Source: Eledone cirrhosa
Lineage: Eukaryota
Direction: 5' to 3'
Length of the DNA: 64,000 nucleotides
NCBI GenBank assembly: GCA_964016885.1
Contig: CAXHJY010001286.1
Coordinates: forward strand, 1-64,000
Made by a program: the position numbers and the translations under genes. The notes beneath the pieces were generated by a model. That model was not told where the DNA came from. It saw only the letters and a list, made by a program, of their open reading frames with translations, and searched no databases. Positions within the stretch are counted from its first letter, which is position 1; each line of letters begins with the position of its first letter. Positions 1 to 14,479 of the stretch are shown piece after piece.

Positions 1-671
1 TATAAATATATATATATAAATATATATATATAAATATATATATATAAATATATAAATATATATATATAAATATATATATATATAAATATATATATATATA
101 AATATATATATATATAAATATATATATATATAAATATATATATATATAAATATATATAATATATAAATATATATATATATAAATATATATATATATAAAT
201 ATATATAAATATATATAATATATAAATATAATATATATAAATATATAATATATATATAAAATATATATATATAAATATATATATAAATATATATATAAAT
301 ATATATATATATAAATATATATATAAATATATATATATATAAATATATATAAATATATATATATATAAATATATATAAATATATATATATAAATATAAAT
401 ATATATAAATATATATATATAAATATAAATATATATAAATATATATATATAAATATAAATATATATAAATATATATATATAAATATAAATATATATAAAT
501 ATATATATATAAATATATATAAATATATATAAATATATATATATAAATATATATAAATATATATATATAAATATATATAAATATATATAAATATATATAT
601 ATAAATATATATAAATATATATAAATATATATATATAAATATATATAAATATATATAAATATATATATATA

Positions 672-705
<34 letters not shown>

Positions 706-917
706 AATATATATATATAAATATATATATAAATATATATATATAAATATATATATAAATATATATATATAAATATATATATATAAATATATATATATAT
801 AAATATATATAAATATATATATATAAATATATATATAAATATATATATATAAATATATATATATAAATATATATATATAAATATATATATATAAATATAT
901 ATAAATATATATATATA

Positions 918-951
<34 letters not shown>

Positions 952-1047
952 AATATATATAAATATATATAAATATATATAAATATATATAAATATATAT
1001 ATATAAATATATATATATAAATATATATATATAAATATATATATATA

Positions 1048-1079
<32 letters not shown>

Positions 1080-1375
1080 AATATATATAAATAAATATAA
1101 ATATATATATAAATATATATAAATAAATATATATAAATATATATATAAATATATATAAATATATATATAAATATATATAAATAAATATATATAAATATAT
1201 ATATATAAATATATATAAATATATATATATATAAATATATATAAATATATATATATATAAATATATATAAATATATATAAATATAAATATATATAAATAT
1301 AAATATATATAAATATATATATATAAATATATATAAATATATATAAATATAAATATAAATATATATATATATATA
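1..1375. repeat. (TA)n array interrupted by AA
   Basis: Read directly from the sequence. Confidence 0.95.
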
Positions 1376-1405
1376 TGAACATAACACACACACAACACAC
1401 CACAC

Positions 1406-1449
<44 letters not shown>

Positions 1450-2112
1450 TATATTATACAGATAAAAGCTGCTCAGCGTCAGAGAAGAAAAAGAGATTTT
1501 TAAAAGAATGCAACTTGAGAAAGAAGAAATAATTTCTACAGACTTATCGCTTGTTAATCCGTTAAAAACTTATCAATTGAAACAGCAGAAAAATCCTTTA
1601 AAAGTTTGAGAAATAATTTTTCAAAGTTTTTTATTCAAAATAATACTGCAATAATGTAGAAATGTAAAAACAAATATGAAGTTCTTTAGAAAATACAACT
1701 ACGAAAATAAACTGTACGTTTGGTGTGTTGGCGTTGTATAAGAAAAACATGAGTATCATTTTAAACTAAATCTAGAATTTTCTGGGATGTGCTTACAACG
1801 AAGAATGTTGTACAATCCATATTGAAATGGAATCACAAAAGATGTTCTGCAGAATGTAAAAATAAAAATAAAATTATTGTATACCATCGGGAAATAAAAC
1901 AAAAGAGCTGTTTTGACATTGTACTAAGTCAATCCCTGATATATTTGGCAAGTATTGGAAAGGTCATATGGAAATCAGTTTAGTAGTAATACATAGTTTA
2001 AGACATTAGCTAGCGGCGGCGGAGGAGAAAACTGTAAACACAGTCGACATGGGTAAAGAATAAGAGATAAGGAGAAGAGACATGCCCACCAGTACTGAAC
2101 GGCATGGCACGT

Positions 2113-2243
2113 GAACTGATAACATGAAGTTCACATGAAGATATGTCACTATCTTTACACCAATTATTATATTTTATCTGACGAAAGCGTACTAAAATAT
2201 TAGAACCCCTGAAATACGTATAATAAAATAATTATGGTTTTAT
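2113..2243 (+). mobile_element. Short non-coding HHR-bearing repeat (family A), putative Penelope-like pLTR or retrozyme fragment
   Basis: Nearly identical over about 130 bp to the reverse complement of 30793-30924, and contains the HHR at 2170-2230. Confidence 0.65.
2170..2230 (+). ncRNA. Minimal type I hammerhead ribozyme motif, family A (copy 1)
   Basis: TATTTTAT(2170-77) - CTGACGA(2178-84) - imperfect stem II - GAAA(2211-14) - palindromic TACGTA - TA - ATAAAATA(2223-30), which is the exact reverse complement of the 5' stem I strand. Predicted cleavage after 2222. Confidence 0.75.
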
Positions 2244-2408
2244 AAAGATATTTTCCATTTATTGAGTGCTTCTAATTTCTCCCGAATGAAACAGTTCTAC
2301 TCCAGTCGAAGCCATTTCTATGTTGTATATTAAATATTTATATTCTGCTATGTGTTGAGTACCTTACTTACTGTGGTAACCCACGATTGAACACGGGATA
2401 AATAAATA

Positions 2409-2455
<47 letters not shown>

Positions 2456-2521
2456 GAACAAATAAAATAAAATAAACACAAACTTTTACAAGGATGATGT
2501 TTGGGAGGAAGTGGAGGAAGG

Positions 2522-2555
2522 TTCTACTTTTCGGACGGAAGTCGTTCGTCAGGAA
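2522..2555 (-). ncRNA. Degenerate minimal hammerhead motif (family F)
   Basis: Minus strand reads TTC-CTGACGA-ACGACTTCCGTCC-GAAA-AG-TA-GAA. Both core boxes are intact, stem II is GAC/GTC, and stem I is only 3 bp. Confidence 0.5.
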
Positions 2556-3529
2556 ATGGAGAGTTCAGAAGGGAAGAGAACAGATAGATAGATATATACA
2601 TATATGTGTGTAGAGAGACATGAAATTTCCATTTAAATCAGATATAGTCGATATAAGCATGATGTGAAATGTAAGGCATTGGTTTTCCTATGAAACTACA
2701 CGGTCTTACTCGATAATTTCAATAAAAAGTTGAACTAGTTACTTGCAGAGAAACTGAAGTAAATCAAGGAATGATGAAGATATTATATAGAGAAGAGTAG
2801 AGAGAAGCAGGGCATGGGGGATATCGAGGAAGAAATTGTCTTTTGATTTCAAAACCTTTTCAAAACAGTAAAAATCACTTGCGGCTTCAACTTTGATATG
2901 ATGTCGGAACGAAAACGTAAAACGAATACAGAAAATATTGGTAATAATATTATCGTTTTATCTTCAGCGATAGCGGCATATTTGCCGCAGAAAGTCGCGT
3001 ATGATCATATAGCCTCCAGTTCTCTAAATGGGACAATGAACTCACGTCCGCTTTTCTAAAGTACTTACTATACCGGTTACTACTTTAATGTTAGTAGATA
3101 TCTATGAACATTAAACCCTAGCAACCTCTCCTTTCTGTCTTAATCCTTTTCACTTTAAATGTCTTCTTCTTCCTCTCCTTTCTTATTCTTACTACCTCCG
3201 TTTCTTCTTCCTCATCTTCTTTTATTTCACCCGCCACCTTATTTCCTTTCTATCTTCAGCAATCTTTTCAACTTCAAGAGAAATACGACGAAATATTTTC
3301 TTTATAAAGGATAAATCGTTATATGAAATTATGAAGAGGGAGTGGGAGTAAGAGTGAAAGGAAGAGACAGATAGAAAGAGATAATGATTGAATAAAAGAG
3401 GAAAGAGAAGTTGAGGTGGGAGGAGGTGAGGGTGATGGCCGAGGTATTCCGTTAATGAGTGAAAGAGGAGGAATACTTGCTCCATATCTATGACCTAACG
3501 ATTGATAAACTGTGTAGAAATATGCTATA

Positions 3530-5155
<1,626 letters not shown>

Positions 5156-5508
5156 GGATAACTATCATACAGAGTTGGCATTATATCTGTAGTGTGTGAA
5201 GTTTTAACCAAGACCACTACACATACGGGTTCAACTGTGTGACCTCATGTGGACACAAACGACGGTTGGTTGGTCTGTAAACAGCAATGTTAATGTAGAG
5301 CTTACCTATGAAAGTGACATTAGGCCGAAATATGGGCAGGTGAGGAGAATAAGCGACTGAATCGACATTGCAATATGTATTGACTTTTTGTGTAAATCAA
5401 ATTTAAAGATCACCTTCATTGGATTTTGGACATGGAAATAATGGAAAGTGTTTTATGCTACAATTTCAACACTGGATTTAAAACATGGCTTATATATATT
5501 ATTATAGG

Positions 5509-5541
5509 TCTGAGTTCAAATCCCGCCGAGGTTAACTTTGC
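5509..5541 (+). mobile_element. SINE internal fragment (B-box region) within TA repeats
   Basis: TCTGAGTTCAAATCCCGCCGAGGTTAACTTTGC matches about 24991-25023. Confidence 0.6.
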
Positions 5542-5889
5542 ATATATATACATATACATATATATCGGATGTAGAAAGGTAACACACGAGTTGATATATA
5601 TAAAAACAAATAGTAGAAAGAAAAAATTATTTTTTTAATAGAAAATGTTGAAGAGATTTTTTTTTAGTGACATTTTAAAGCATTAATTTATTTCCAATAC
5701 CGGTTTCAGCATTAAATGCATTGTCAATTGTGGATATGCCGGATATTGTTGAGTTGCATATTTGTACAAATAGTGAAAATAATGATTAAAAAAATTCTAG
5801 AGAGGGGAAGAAAAGTTAATTTTAACATATGTGTTCCTTCAGAGAAGAAAGTCAATTTGTCTGTCCATCATATATATATATATTATATA

Positions 5890-5966
<77 letters not shown>

Positions 5967-6200
5967 ATATATATTATATATATAATATATATATATATAT
6001 TTAAGAGTTAAACAAGGTCCAATGAATACATCAAAGAATGAGTTTTACAATAGATTGGAAGCACTCAACTGTAAAAAAAAAAATGTTTTCCAGAGTTATT
6101 AATATTAATTGAAAATATTAACAAAATAGATATTCTTGTGATCAATTATTACCTTGATTGAATCTTAATCTACCATGTCAGGGTATGCCATGTATAATTT

Positions 6201-6265
6201 TATTTTATCTGATGAGGACGTACTGTTGAACTTAACTCAGTACCTCTGAAATGTATAATAAAATA
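6201..6265 (+). ncRNA. Minimal type I hammerhead ribozyme motif, family A (copy 2)
   Basis: TATTTTAT - CTGATGA(6209-15) - stem II with GTACTG/CAGTAC - GAAA(6248-51) - TGTA - TA - ATAAAATA(6258-65). Stem I extends further through AATT/AATT. Confidence 0.75.
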
Positions 6266-6316
6266 TAATTGATCACAAGAATATCTATTTTGTTAATATT
6301 TTGAATTAATATATAT

Positions 6317-6446
6317 AACGAAGGAAATGTGGTAAGGAACCAGGTGGACCATAACGCACCAAAGTACTCAATACTTAGGGTAGTAGAGTGGGTAATAGGA
6401 ACGAGTAGAACCCCGACGGCTGAGCTCAAGCCGTTTCGACGGCTAA
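6317..6446 (-). mobile_element. Family B TA-flanked element, long arm only
   Basis: AACGAAGGAAATGTGG...GCCGTTTCGACGGCTAA is shared with copies at 10156, 14015, 35328 and 58436. Confidence 0.8.
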
Positions 6447-6803
6447 TATATATATATATATAAAGTACACATATTTAACAATAACAGGGCAAAACGAAAC
6501 GAGCGTTTTCCGGCTTATATTTAGAAATATAGAAATGTATGTATTGAAATGTAAGTAATTTCTCGGAATAGAAACTCATGATTCTGGTGTTGAGGAGAAA
6601 ATCTTCTCTCAAATTTAAGCTTCGACTTCTCTAATGTATTATTGGAATACATTGCAGGAAAATATGAATAAATATTTAGAATTTCATGTCATTCTCTACC
6701 TTGTCACTCTCTTTCTCCGTTCTTCTATTTTTGGTCATTTTATTGGAACCAAATCAGCCTCTGGTAATATTTGATAAAACTTCTTTTCACTTGGTTATTG
6801 AAA

Positions 6804-7200
6804 TGTTGTGGTGGTGGTGGCGGTGTTGTGGTGGTGGTGATGGCTGTGTTGTGGTGGTGGTGATGGCGGTGTTGTGGTGGTGTTGTGGTGGTGGTGGTGT
6901 TGTGGTGGTGGCGGTGTTGTAGTGGTGTTGTTGTGGTGGTGACGGTGTTGTGGTGGTGGTGATGGCTGTGTTGTGGTGGTGGTGTTGTGGTGGCGGTGTT
7001 GTGGTAGTGTTGTTGTGGTGGTCGTGGTGCTGTGGTGGTGGTGACAGTGTTGATGCTGTGGTGAGGTTGTTGTGGTGATGGCGGTGGTGGTGGTGTTGTT
7101 GCGTATGTTGTTGTAGTGGTAGCGGTGCTGTCGTACTGGTGTTGTCGTGGTGGTGGCGGTGGTGGCTGGTACGTTGTTGTTGTTGTACTGGTGGTGATGA
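6804..7200. repeat. (GGT/GTT)n cryptic trinucleotide repeat
   Basis: Read directly from the sequence. Confidence 0.9.
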
Positions 7201-7896
7201 TGAATTAGTTTAACCGAAAATAGTTCATCAGAAATTTGGTCGCATTTATTAACAAATACAACACTTGTCAGACGGTTTTGAAATAATAATAAAGTATATG
7301 TCAATAACAACACGAATATATATATATATATATATTTATATGTGTGTGTGTGTGTATGTGGTTGTGCGTATATATTCATATATATAAAATGTGTGTTTAT
7401 GTGTGTGTTTGATTGTGCTTATATACTTATATATATAATATATATGTGTATGTGTGATTGTGCGTATATCTATAGATATTTTAAAATACTTTCTTATTTC
7501 TACATTATTAAATATGTCTGCCACATGTCCAAATACAATGGAACCATGAAGTTCTGGTGAGGGACTCTTCAATTGATTATACATAATCTTCAGATTTTTC
7601 TAGGATTAAACTAATGTTGCCCAAAATACGACATCACCATAATTCCTTCTATTGGAACAAATCTCATTTGATTTTTAATCATTCTTAGTAGAGAGAATAC
7701 TAAATGAGACAAAATTAGTACTATCTACTTTCCCCCTATATTTACGTGTGTGACTGATGTGTCATCTAGCATGGCTTCGAGTCGAACCTTGCATGAAATT
7801 TCGTTGACTCGAGAACGTATATAATACAGTCAAAGTAAAGACACGAAACAAAGCTGCTAAGGCTGGTCTCCGATACTTTAACGATTCTCCCAATAA

Positions 7897-8023
7897 TAAT
7901 TGTTTCTACTTTTGACACAAGGCCAGCAATTATTCCAGTTCATTACTGGTACTTTATTTTATCGACCTTGTAAAGCAAAACTAACCTCGACGAGATTTGA
8001 ACGCAGAAAGTAAAGAGACGTAA
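7897..8023 (-). mobile_element. SINE, 5'-truncated copy
   Basis: Reverse complement of the SINE core and tail (TTTCTACTTTTGACACAAGGCCAGCAATT...TTTATCGACC...GATTTGAAC). Confidence 0.75.
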
Positions 8024-8035
8024 TTTAACGCCAAA

Positions 8036-8110
8036 CTGGGGTCGATTTAATCAACTTTCCTCTCCCTCCAAAATTGCTGGCCTTGTGCCTAAAGTAGAAG
8101 CAATTATTAT
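8036..8110 (+). mobile_element. SINE 3' fragment, inverted relative to 7897-8023
   Basis: CTGGGGTCGATTTAATC...AATTGCTGGCCTTGTGCCTAAAGTAGAAGCAATTATT. Confidence 0.75.
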
Positions 8111-9307
8111 TATCATCACCGCGTGTTAAATAATATTGCCTGTACAAGATATTGAACCCGAAGATCGATTCACTACTTAGTTTAACCTCGTGTACTTAAC
8201 ACATGAATAAATAACAGTAATGCTATATAACAGCAGAAGTAGCTCAATGTTTCTTTATTAGAATCTCTCTTTGTTTGTTATAGTATTCCATACACTTTAA
8301 GAAGCCTTTTATTATTATTTAAACTAATAAATATATCTGGCAACTCCACATGCAATTCAAACTATGTTTGGTTTCAACGGAAACTAGAATTGCTATCTTT
8401 TATATTGAAATAGAACAATGAAAAGTTTGTGATAATATTTATACATTCATTGGATTCATTCTGATTGTTAAAATGAATATCTGTATCCTTTATTTTCTTC
8501 TCCTTATTTAATATATGGATGTTGAAGAAGTCACGTCCCCACCCCTCTCTCTCTCTCTCTCTCTCTCTCGTACTCAACAAACGGTTCTGTCAAACGGAAA
8601 AAGGTATACTATTGCTGTCTATATGAATCCCTATCTATTTTCATTGTATCTATAAATACGTTTTCCGGTAGAAATTTAATGTATGTGTAGCGATGAACGA
8701 ATAGTTCAATTTCAAACACAAGACATTCTGAGAGCGTAGATGGTCGGAACAAACAAACAAAATTTTGTTTTGTTTGTTTTGTGGTGGCGGATTCCTCAGA
8801 TACCAATTTAATACCATAACCCCCAGTAGATGCCTCTCTGTTTTAAACTTTCTGACAGCTGTCCAGTTTCAAGTTACTTTACTTCTGGTCATTTAAGTGT
8901 TGTTGAAACCTATCCTGGTCATTGGTTTCCCTTGCAATTACGACAGGGAAACAAACACCGATGCTCTGTCGACTCTGCTGATTTGTCGTCATGACAGAAA
9001 CACATTATACAATATTTCTAATGTTTTGTCATATCTATACTCACCTTTATCACGTGACATACCCAGTTATTCATGGTAGCCTTCATCACGTGATCTATTG
9101 TGTATGTGTCATGCTACAATGTCTGGTTTGTGTTCTTTGTGCTGTCATTTCTGTGTGTATGTGTGTATGTATCAATGTATGAGTGAGTGTGTGTGTTTGA
9201 GAGAGAGAGAAATACAGAATATATCCATATGTACAGGTGCGGTGTGTCTGCGCATGTCCGTAAGTAGATACATGTTTCTATATGTAGGACATGATACATG
9301 ACTATAT

Positions 9308-9434
<127 letters not shown>

Positions 9435-9526
9435 CTAAAGATAGGTGAACACACATATATAAACACATACATATATATACATATATATAATGCGTGTGTG
9501 TGTGTATATACAAAGATATATATATG

Positions 9527-9560
<34 letters not shown>

Positions 9561-10115
9561 TATGCATATATATATATATATAAACCCTTTACATACATGT
9601 ATACATAGATTCGTACATACATACATACATACATAGATATATACACATATCTGTATATAAATACACACATACATACACACACACACACACACACACGCAA
9701 ACGTACACACACGCATACATACATACACACGCAAACGTACACACACGCATACATACATACACATATATGTATATCCATACATATATACACATATATGTAT
9801 ATCCATACATACATACATACATGCAAACGTACACACGCGCATACATACATACAAATATAGCTACATACACACACCTTTGAAATGTTTGGTCATATACCAT
9901 ATAACGTGATAAAAGTTTTCTATCCAATTTGTTGGGAGGAAGCCTCACTGTATCTGTCTTATATTTGCACCAGCTTAACGTTAATCCTATTTACACTAAT
10001 CTCATTCAGAACGAGGCATTTGCTGCGGAAGCAAAGTCGGGAGTCTATCGTTATATATTTCCATTTAATCGCTATATAGTTTTCTATTAAAAGTACAAAG
10101 TACATCCCTAATAGT

Positions 10116-10155
<40 letters not shown>

Positions 10156-10159
<4 letters not shown>

Positions 10160-10351
10160 AAAATGTTTAATCCCGACGGCAGAGCTCAAGCCGTTTCGAC
10201 GGATATTTCTGGAGTCCAGAAATACCCGTCGAAACGGCTTGAGCTCTGCCGTCATGGTTAAACATTTTCCTATTACCCACTCTACTACCGTAAGTATTGA
10301 GTACTCTGGTGCGTTATGGTCCATCTAGTTCCTTACCACAACTCCTTCGTT
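10156..10351 (+). mobile_element. Family B fold-back element (about 58-bp inverted arms plus tail)
   Basis: TAGGAAAATGTTTAA...TTCTGGA g TCCAGAA...TTAAACATTTTCCTA is followed by the shared 80-bp tail, with (TA)n on both sides. Confidence 0.8.
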
Positions 10352-10658
10352 ATATATATATATATACACTACTACTAGTAGTGACACACACACACACACA
10401 CACACACGTGTGTGTGTGTGTAAATATATATGTATATATATATGTGTATATATATATATATATAAATATATGCGTATTTATATATATATATATAAATATA
10501 TGCGTATATATATATATATATATAAATATATGCGTATATATATATATATATATAAATATATGCGTATATATATATATATATATAAATATATGCGTATATA
10601 TATATATAAATATATGCGTATATATATATAAATATATGCGTATATATATATATATGCG

Positions 10659-10711
<53 letters not shown>

Positions 10712-10922
10712 GTATAAAAGAGAAAACACTGGTAAGCATTAAGAGAAGGATTTTATCCAGGTATTTACGACCGTTTCATTGGTAAGTGCAACCGTACGTT
10801 GAAACCATCCATGAAACTGGCTTTCTTAACCAAAAACTGGATCACAATAAGCAATTTTTTGCTTCTCTAACCATATATATATATGTATTTATATATATAG
10901 TTTCCATTTATAAAACTATATT

Positions 10923-10988
10923 TATTTTATTATACATATTTCAAGGGCCACCAAGGCAAATTATGGTGCGCTTTCATCAGATAAAATA
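10923..10988 (-). ncRNA. Minimal type I hammerhead ribozyme motif, family A (copy 3, core intact)
   Basis: Minus strand reads TATTTTAT-CTGATGA-AAGCGCACCATAATTTGCCTTGGTGGCCCTT-GAAA-TATGTA-TA-ATAAAATA. Confidence 0.75.
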
Positions 10989-11040
10989 CTGATTTGTTTT
11001 ATAAATAAATATGTCAATATTTATTTATAAAACAAATCTG

Positions 11041-11106
11041 TATTTTATCTGATGAAAGCGCACTATAATTTGCCTTGGTGGCCCTTAAAACATGTATAAT
11101 AAAATA
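11041..11106 (+). ncRNA. Hammerhead motif, family A (copy 4, GAAA mutated to AAAA, probably inactive)
   Basis: TATTTTAT-CTGATGA(11049-55)-stem II-AAAA(11087-90)-CATGTA-TA-ATAAAATA. It is the inverted partner of 10923-10988. Confidence 0.65.
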
Positions 11107-11971
11107 AATAGTTTATAAATATAGTTTCCATTTATTAAAATATATAAATATATAATAAATAAATATATAATAAATAAATATATAATAAATAAATATATAA
11201 ATAATAAATATATAAGTCTGTCTGTCTGTCTGTGTATTAACAACCAATGAGCTTGTTTTCTATCAGAGACAGTTTCACTATATTTGGTCTAATCTATTAA
11301 TTTAGGTGTTTTCTTCTTTAAATTCCTCATATATTTTTGTTCGTTGATTTTACCTTTTCTTTACCAAAAAATTAAGTTTGAAACTAAGTGTGAATGTCTC
11401 GGTATTGTGTTAGATATTTAAGTAAAGCAACATTTCAGTCAGTTAGCAATATCGTAGTTTCTACAACGTCTCTCTCTCTCTCTCTAGATATATAGTTGTG
11501 GTTATTGTTATTGTTGTTCGGTCGAGTTCTCCACATATTCTACTTGGAAGGCAGGGGGAGGCTGGAGAAGAAAGTCCTCTCCTCTAGCACATGTACCAAA
11601 AGATGAGTAAAAAATAGCGAAAATGGTAAGGCTGAATAGGAATACTCTCAGCTTGTGCCTGTGGGTTGACTAACACTAGTTGGGAGAGAATATTTGCCCC
11701 TGGTGGGTAGGGAATTGTGGACCTGTGAGGTTCAATTAACTTTAGATATTCTGCACTATTTAACTGGAATAATGAGTATTTCCTATAAGTGTATACGATA
11801 TGTTTGTTACAATAAACACATGAGAACCTCGCTTTGAAAGAAAAAATGCCTTCCTTTGTTCAAATTAATAATTATTTCGGATGTGCGCATATATATATAT
11901 ACTTAGACACACACATAGACACACAAACACACAGACACATAGAGACAGTTTTATTTCAGTACCGAATGAGT

Positions 11972-12022
11972 GAATGTAACTGATGAGTGGATGACGAGTC
12001 TTGAAACAGCTGTCTGGCATTC
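11972..12022 (+). ncRNA. Minimal type I hammerhead motif, family D
   Basis: GAATGTAA-CTGATGA(11980-86)-weak stem II-GAAA(12003-06)-palindromic CAGCTG-TC (GUC triplet)-TGGCATTC. Stem I pairs at 7 of 8 positions including one G-U. Confidence 0.6.
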
Positions 12023-13027
12023 TTAACGGCCCTGAGATGGCTGTGACTTGTTCACAGCATACACATACACAAAAGAGAAAAACATGTTTTGTTTGTTCTC
12101 TCATAGCGAGTATCACATGATGCACTGTGTCTGAAAATACAGGACGTGATGGTCGCGGTTGAACAGCATCGCCATCAACAATAAAGCTCCTTAAATATAA
12201 TTAATTAAAACATTTTCTCTAGAATGTTTACATAATTATTGTTTGTGGCAGTCAGGAAATGATCAAGTGTTGTTATGAATGAGTCGTTATTAAAATATTT
12301 GTATTTAATCGCTTGGTTCCTTGGAAAATATGTTGGTTGCGATTAATAAAATAATTACCACTTTATTATTTAATTTATATTTAAATGGGCAATATCCTTC
12401 TTCAGTTAAGGATGAACTGAAAAACTAAATCCGCCCGAACTTGTTTATCACACCTTGTTTTAAGTACCGGATATCAATTCAAGTGTTATATTTTGTTTCA
12501 TTTTCAGTTAAAACAGTTTTATTCAATCAATTACAGTATTGAATTCCATTTTTATTTGACAAATAAATGTTCAAGTTAAAAAACCATTCCTCTAATATTT
12601 CATTGTTTATTTATTTTTTCCTTCTTTCTCCTCTCTGATAACCGCCATGTTGTCATTATGGAGGTTATAAATACTGTGCTCTTTGGGGAAATAATTATCT
12701 TCATATCTTTTTTTGTTGTTGTTCAATAATTAACGTAGTATTGCCCTTTCATAAATGGTGGCCGTTTGTAATGTGGTAATTAATGTGACGCTTGTTTCAG
12801 TCGATATTTATGCACAACACCTTTTACACAACAACCTCCTTAATAAAGTAGAGCCGTACTTGTAAAATAATTAACACAACAATGTTAATATTTGAAACAA
12901 TAGAGAGACTATCTTAAATTATGTAACCTCACCATAATAATGTAATTAACAAGACTTTTCTAATTACCGATAACACTTCTTATTTTTAATGTATAATTAT
13001 TATTATTGTTGTTGTTGTATGCAACAA

Positions 13028-13248
13028 TGCGATGGATTGCGAGTATCGGAAGAGCGTCAGATAACATGCTTAGCAGCATAGAGTTACGGCCGTTTACGTT
13101 CAAATCCTGCTGAGGTTAGCTTTGCCTTTCATCCTTACGGGGTCGATAAAATAAACCACCAGTAATACATTGGGGTGTATTTCATCGACTTTTCCCTCCC
13201 ACCCCCAAAATTACTGGCCTTGTGCCTATACTAGAAATCATTATTATT
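13028..13248 (+). mobile_element. SINE, same family as 24920-25108
   Basis: Shared core and tail, ending in (ATT)n. Confidence 0.8.
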
Positions 13249-13738
13249 AATGAATTCAAATAAAGAAAGGTGAGGCATTTTTTAATAAATGTCAGTGCTG
13301 TTATATTATGAGGAGAAAACGAATTTTATTTTGTTTTGTTAGAATCATTAATAAATATAATCTGGTCATTGACTTCTTACGTGAATTATGTATTCTCCTA
13401 AGATAGCAAAATTAACTGTAATAATTATACGGAACTGAAACAATAAATTGGAAGAGAACATCCATAACAGTTTCAAGAAGAAATTCCTAAACTCCAGCGT
13501 TCAATAATCTACAGATAGAGATACAGAGAAACATATAGACATTAGGAAGGAGATGGTAACACAACACAACTGATACCATTAATAGGTAGGAAGGGGAAAT
13601 AGAGGAAAATAGACCGGGTGAATAAGAAGCGGGCTGTTCGGGTTTGTGTTTTATTTATATAGAAGAGTAAATAAATAAATGAATAAATAAATAAGATAAA
13701 AATGGCGTAGACATACAATACAACAGGAGGAAACATAA

Positions 13739-13790
13739 TAGTACCACTGATGATGTTGCAGATGTGCAACGAAAGAACTTTGATAGACTA
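13739..13790 (+). ncRNA. Minimal type I hammerhead motif, family E
   Basis: TAGTACCA-CTGATGA(13747-53)-T-GTTGCA gatg TGCAAC (perfect 6-bp stem II)-GAAA(13771-74)-GAAC-TT-TGATAGACTA. Stems I and III are slightly degenerate. Confidence 0.6.
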
Positions 13791-13966
13791 TATATATTTA
13801 TGTATATCTGTATTTTTAACCGTTGGTCAATCAAAGATAAACGTTGATTGCCAAATAAATTAACTATGGAGATATAAAAGATACAGAAGCGAAAACCAAC
13901 CAAACAGTGTGTTCTGTTGTTATTTCTGGCAATATTACAACAATATGACCCTCCCCAAGTATAACA

Positions 13967-13967
<1 letters not shown>
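13739..13967 (+). mobile_element. Family E HHR-bearing repeat ending in (TA)n
   Basis: 13781-13967 is homologous to the reverse complement of 32928-33133 (shared GATATAAAAGATACAGAAGCGAAAACCAACCAAACAGTG and ATATGACCCTCCCCAAGTATAACAA). Both copies end at a TA array. Confidence 0.7.
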
Positions 13968-14008
<41 letters not shown>

Positions 14009-14014
14009 TATATA

Positions 14015-14205
14015 TAGTAACGAGTAGGACACCGACGGCTGAACTCAAGCCGTTTCGACGGCTAATTCTGGACTAAATTAGCCGTCGAAACGGCTTGAGC
14101 TCAGCAGTCGGGGTCCTACTCGTTCCTATTACCCACTCTACTACCCTAAGTATTGAGTACTTTGGTGCGTTATGGTCCATCTGGTTCCGTACCACATTTC
14201 CTTCG

Positions 14206-14207
<2 letters not shown>
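14015..14207 (+). mobile_element. Family B fold-back element
   Basis: Inverted arms surround CTGGACTA, followed by the shared tail ending CCTTCGTT, with (TA)n on both sides. Confidence 0.8.
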
Positions 14208-14251
<44 letters not shown>

Positions 14252-14479
14252 TCTTTATTAAAGGTAATATTAATGTCAACTTGAATTGAACTCTTATTGC
14301 AAAAAGGGAAAAAAATCCATAAAAGCGTCATTTAGTCCGAGGCTCTGTCGACTACCAGTTCCTCACTTAGGTGTCTGTAAGAATATGTTTGATTGTATGA
14401 TTGTAGTGTATCTAGATGGAAGAATTACTACTAACTTGAAATCAATGTAACAGATCAATAATCTAGTGGTCCGTATATT

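Larger units (their letters stand above)
10895..11135. mobile_element. Palindromic (fold-back) family A element with two inverted HHRs and a 17-bp flanking direct repeat
   Basis: Near-perfect inverted arms 10906-11012 and 11017-11120 surround a GTCA loop. ATATAGTTTCCATTTAT occurs at both 10895-10911 and 11119-11135, resembling a target-site duplication. Confidence 0.75.
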
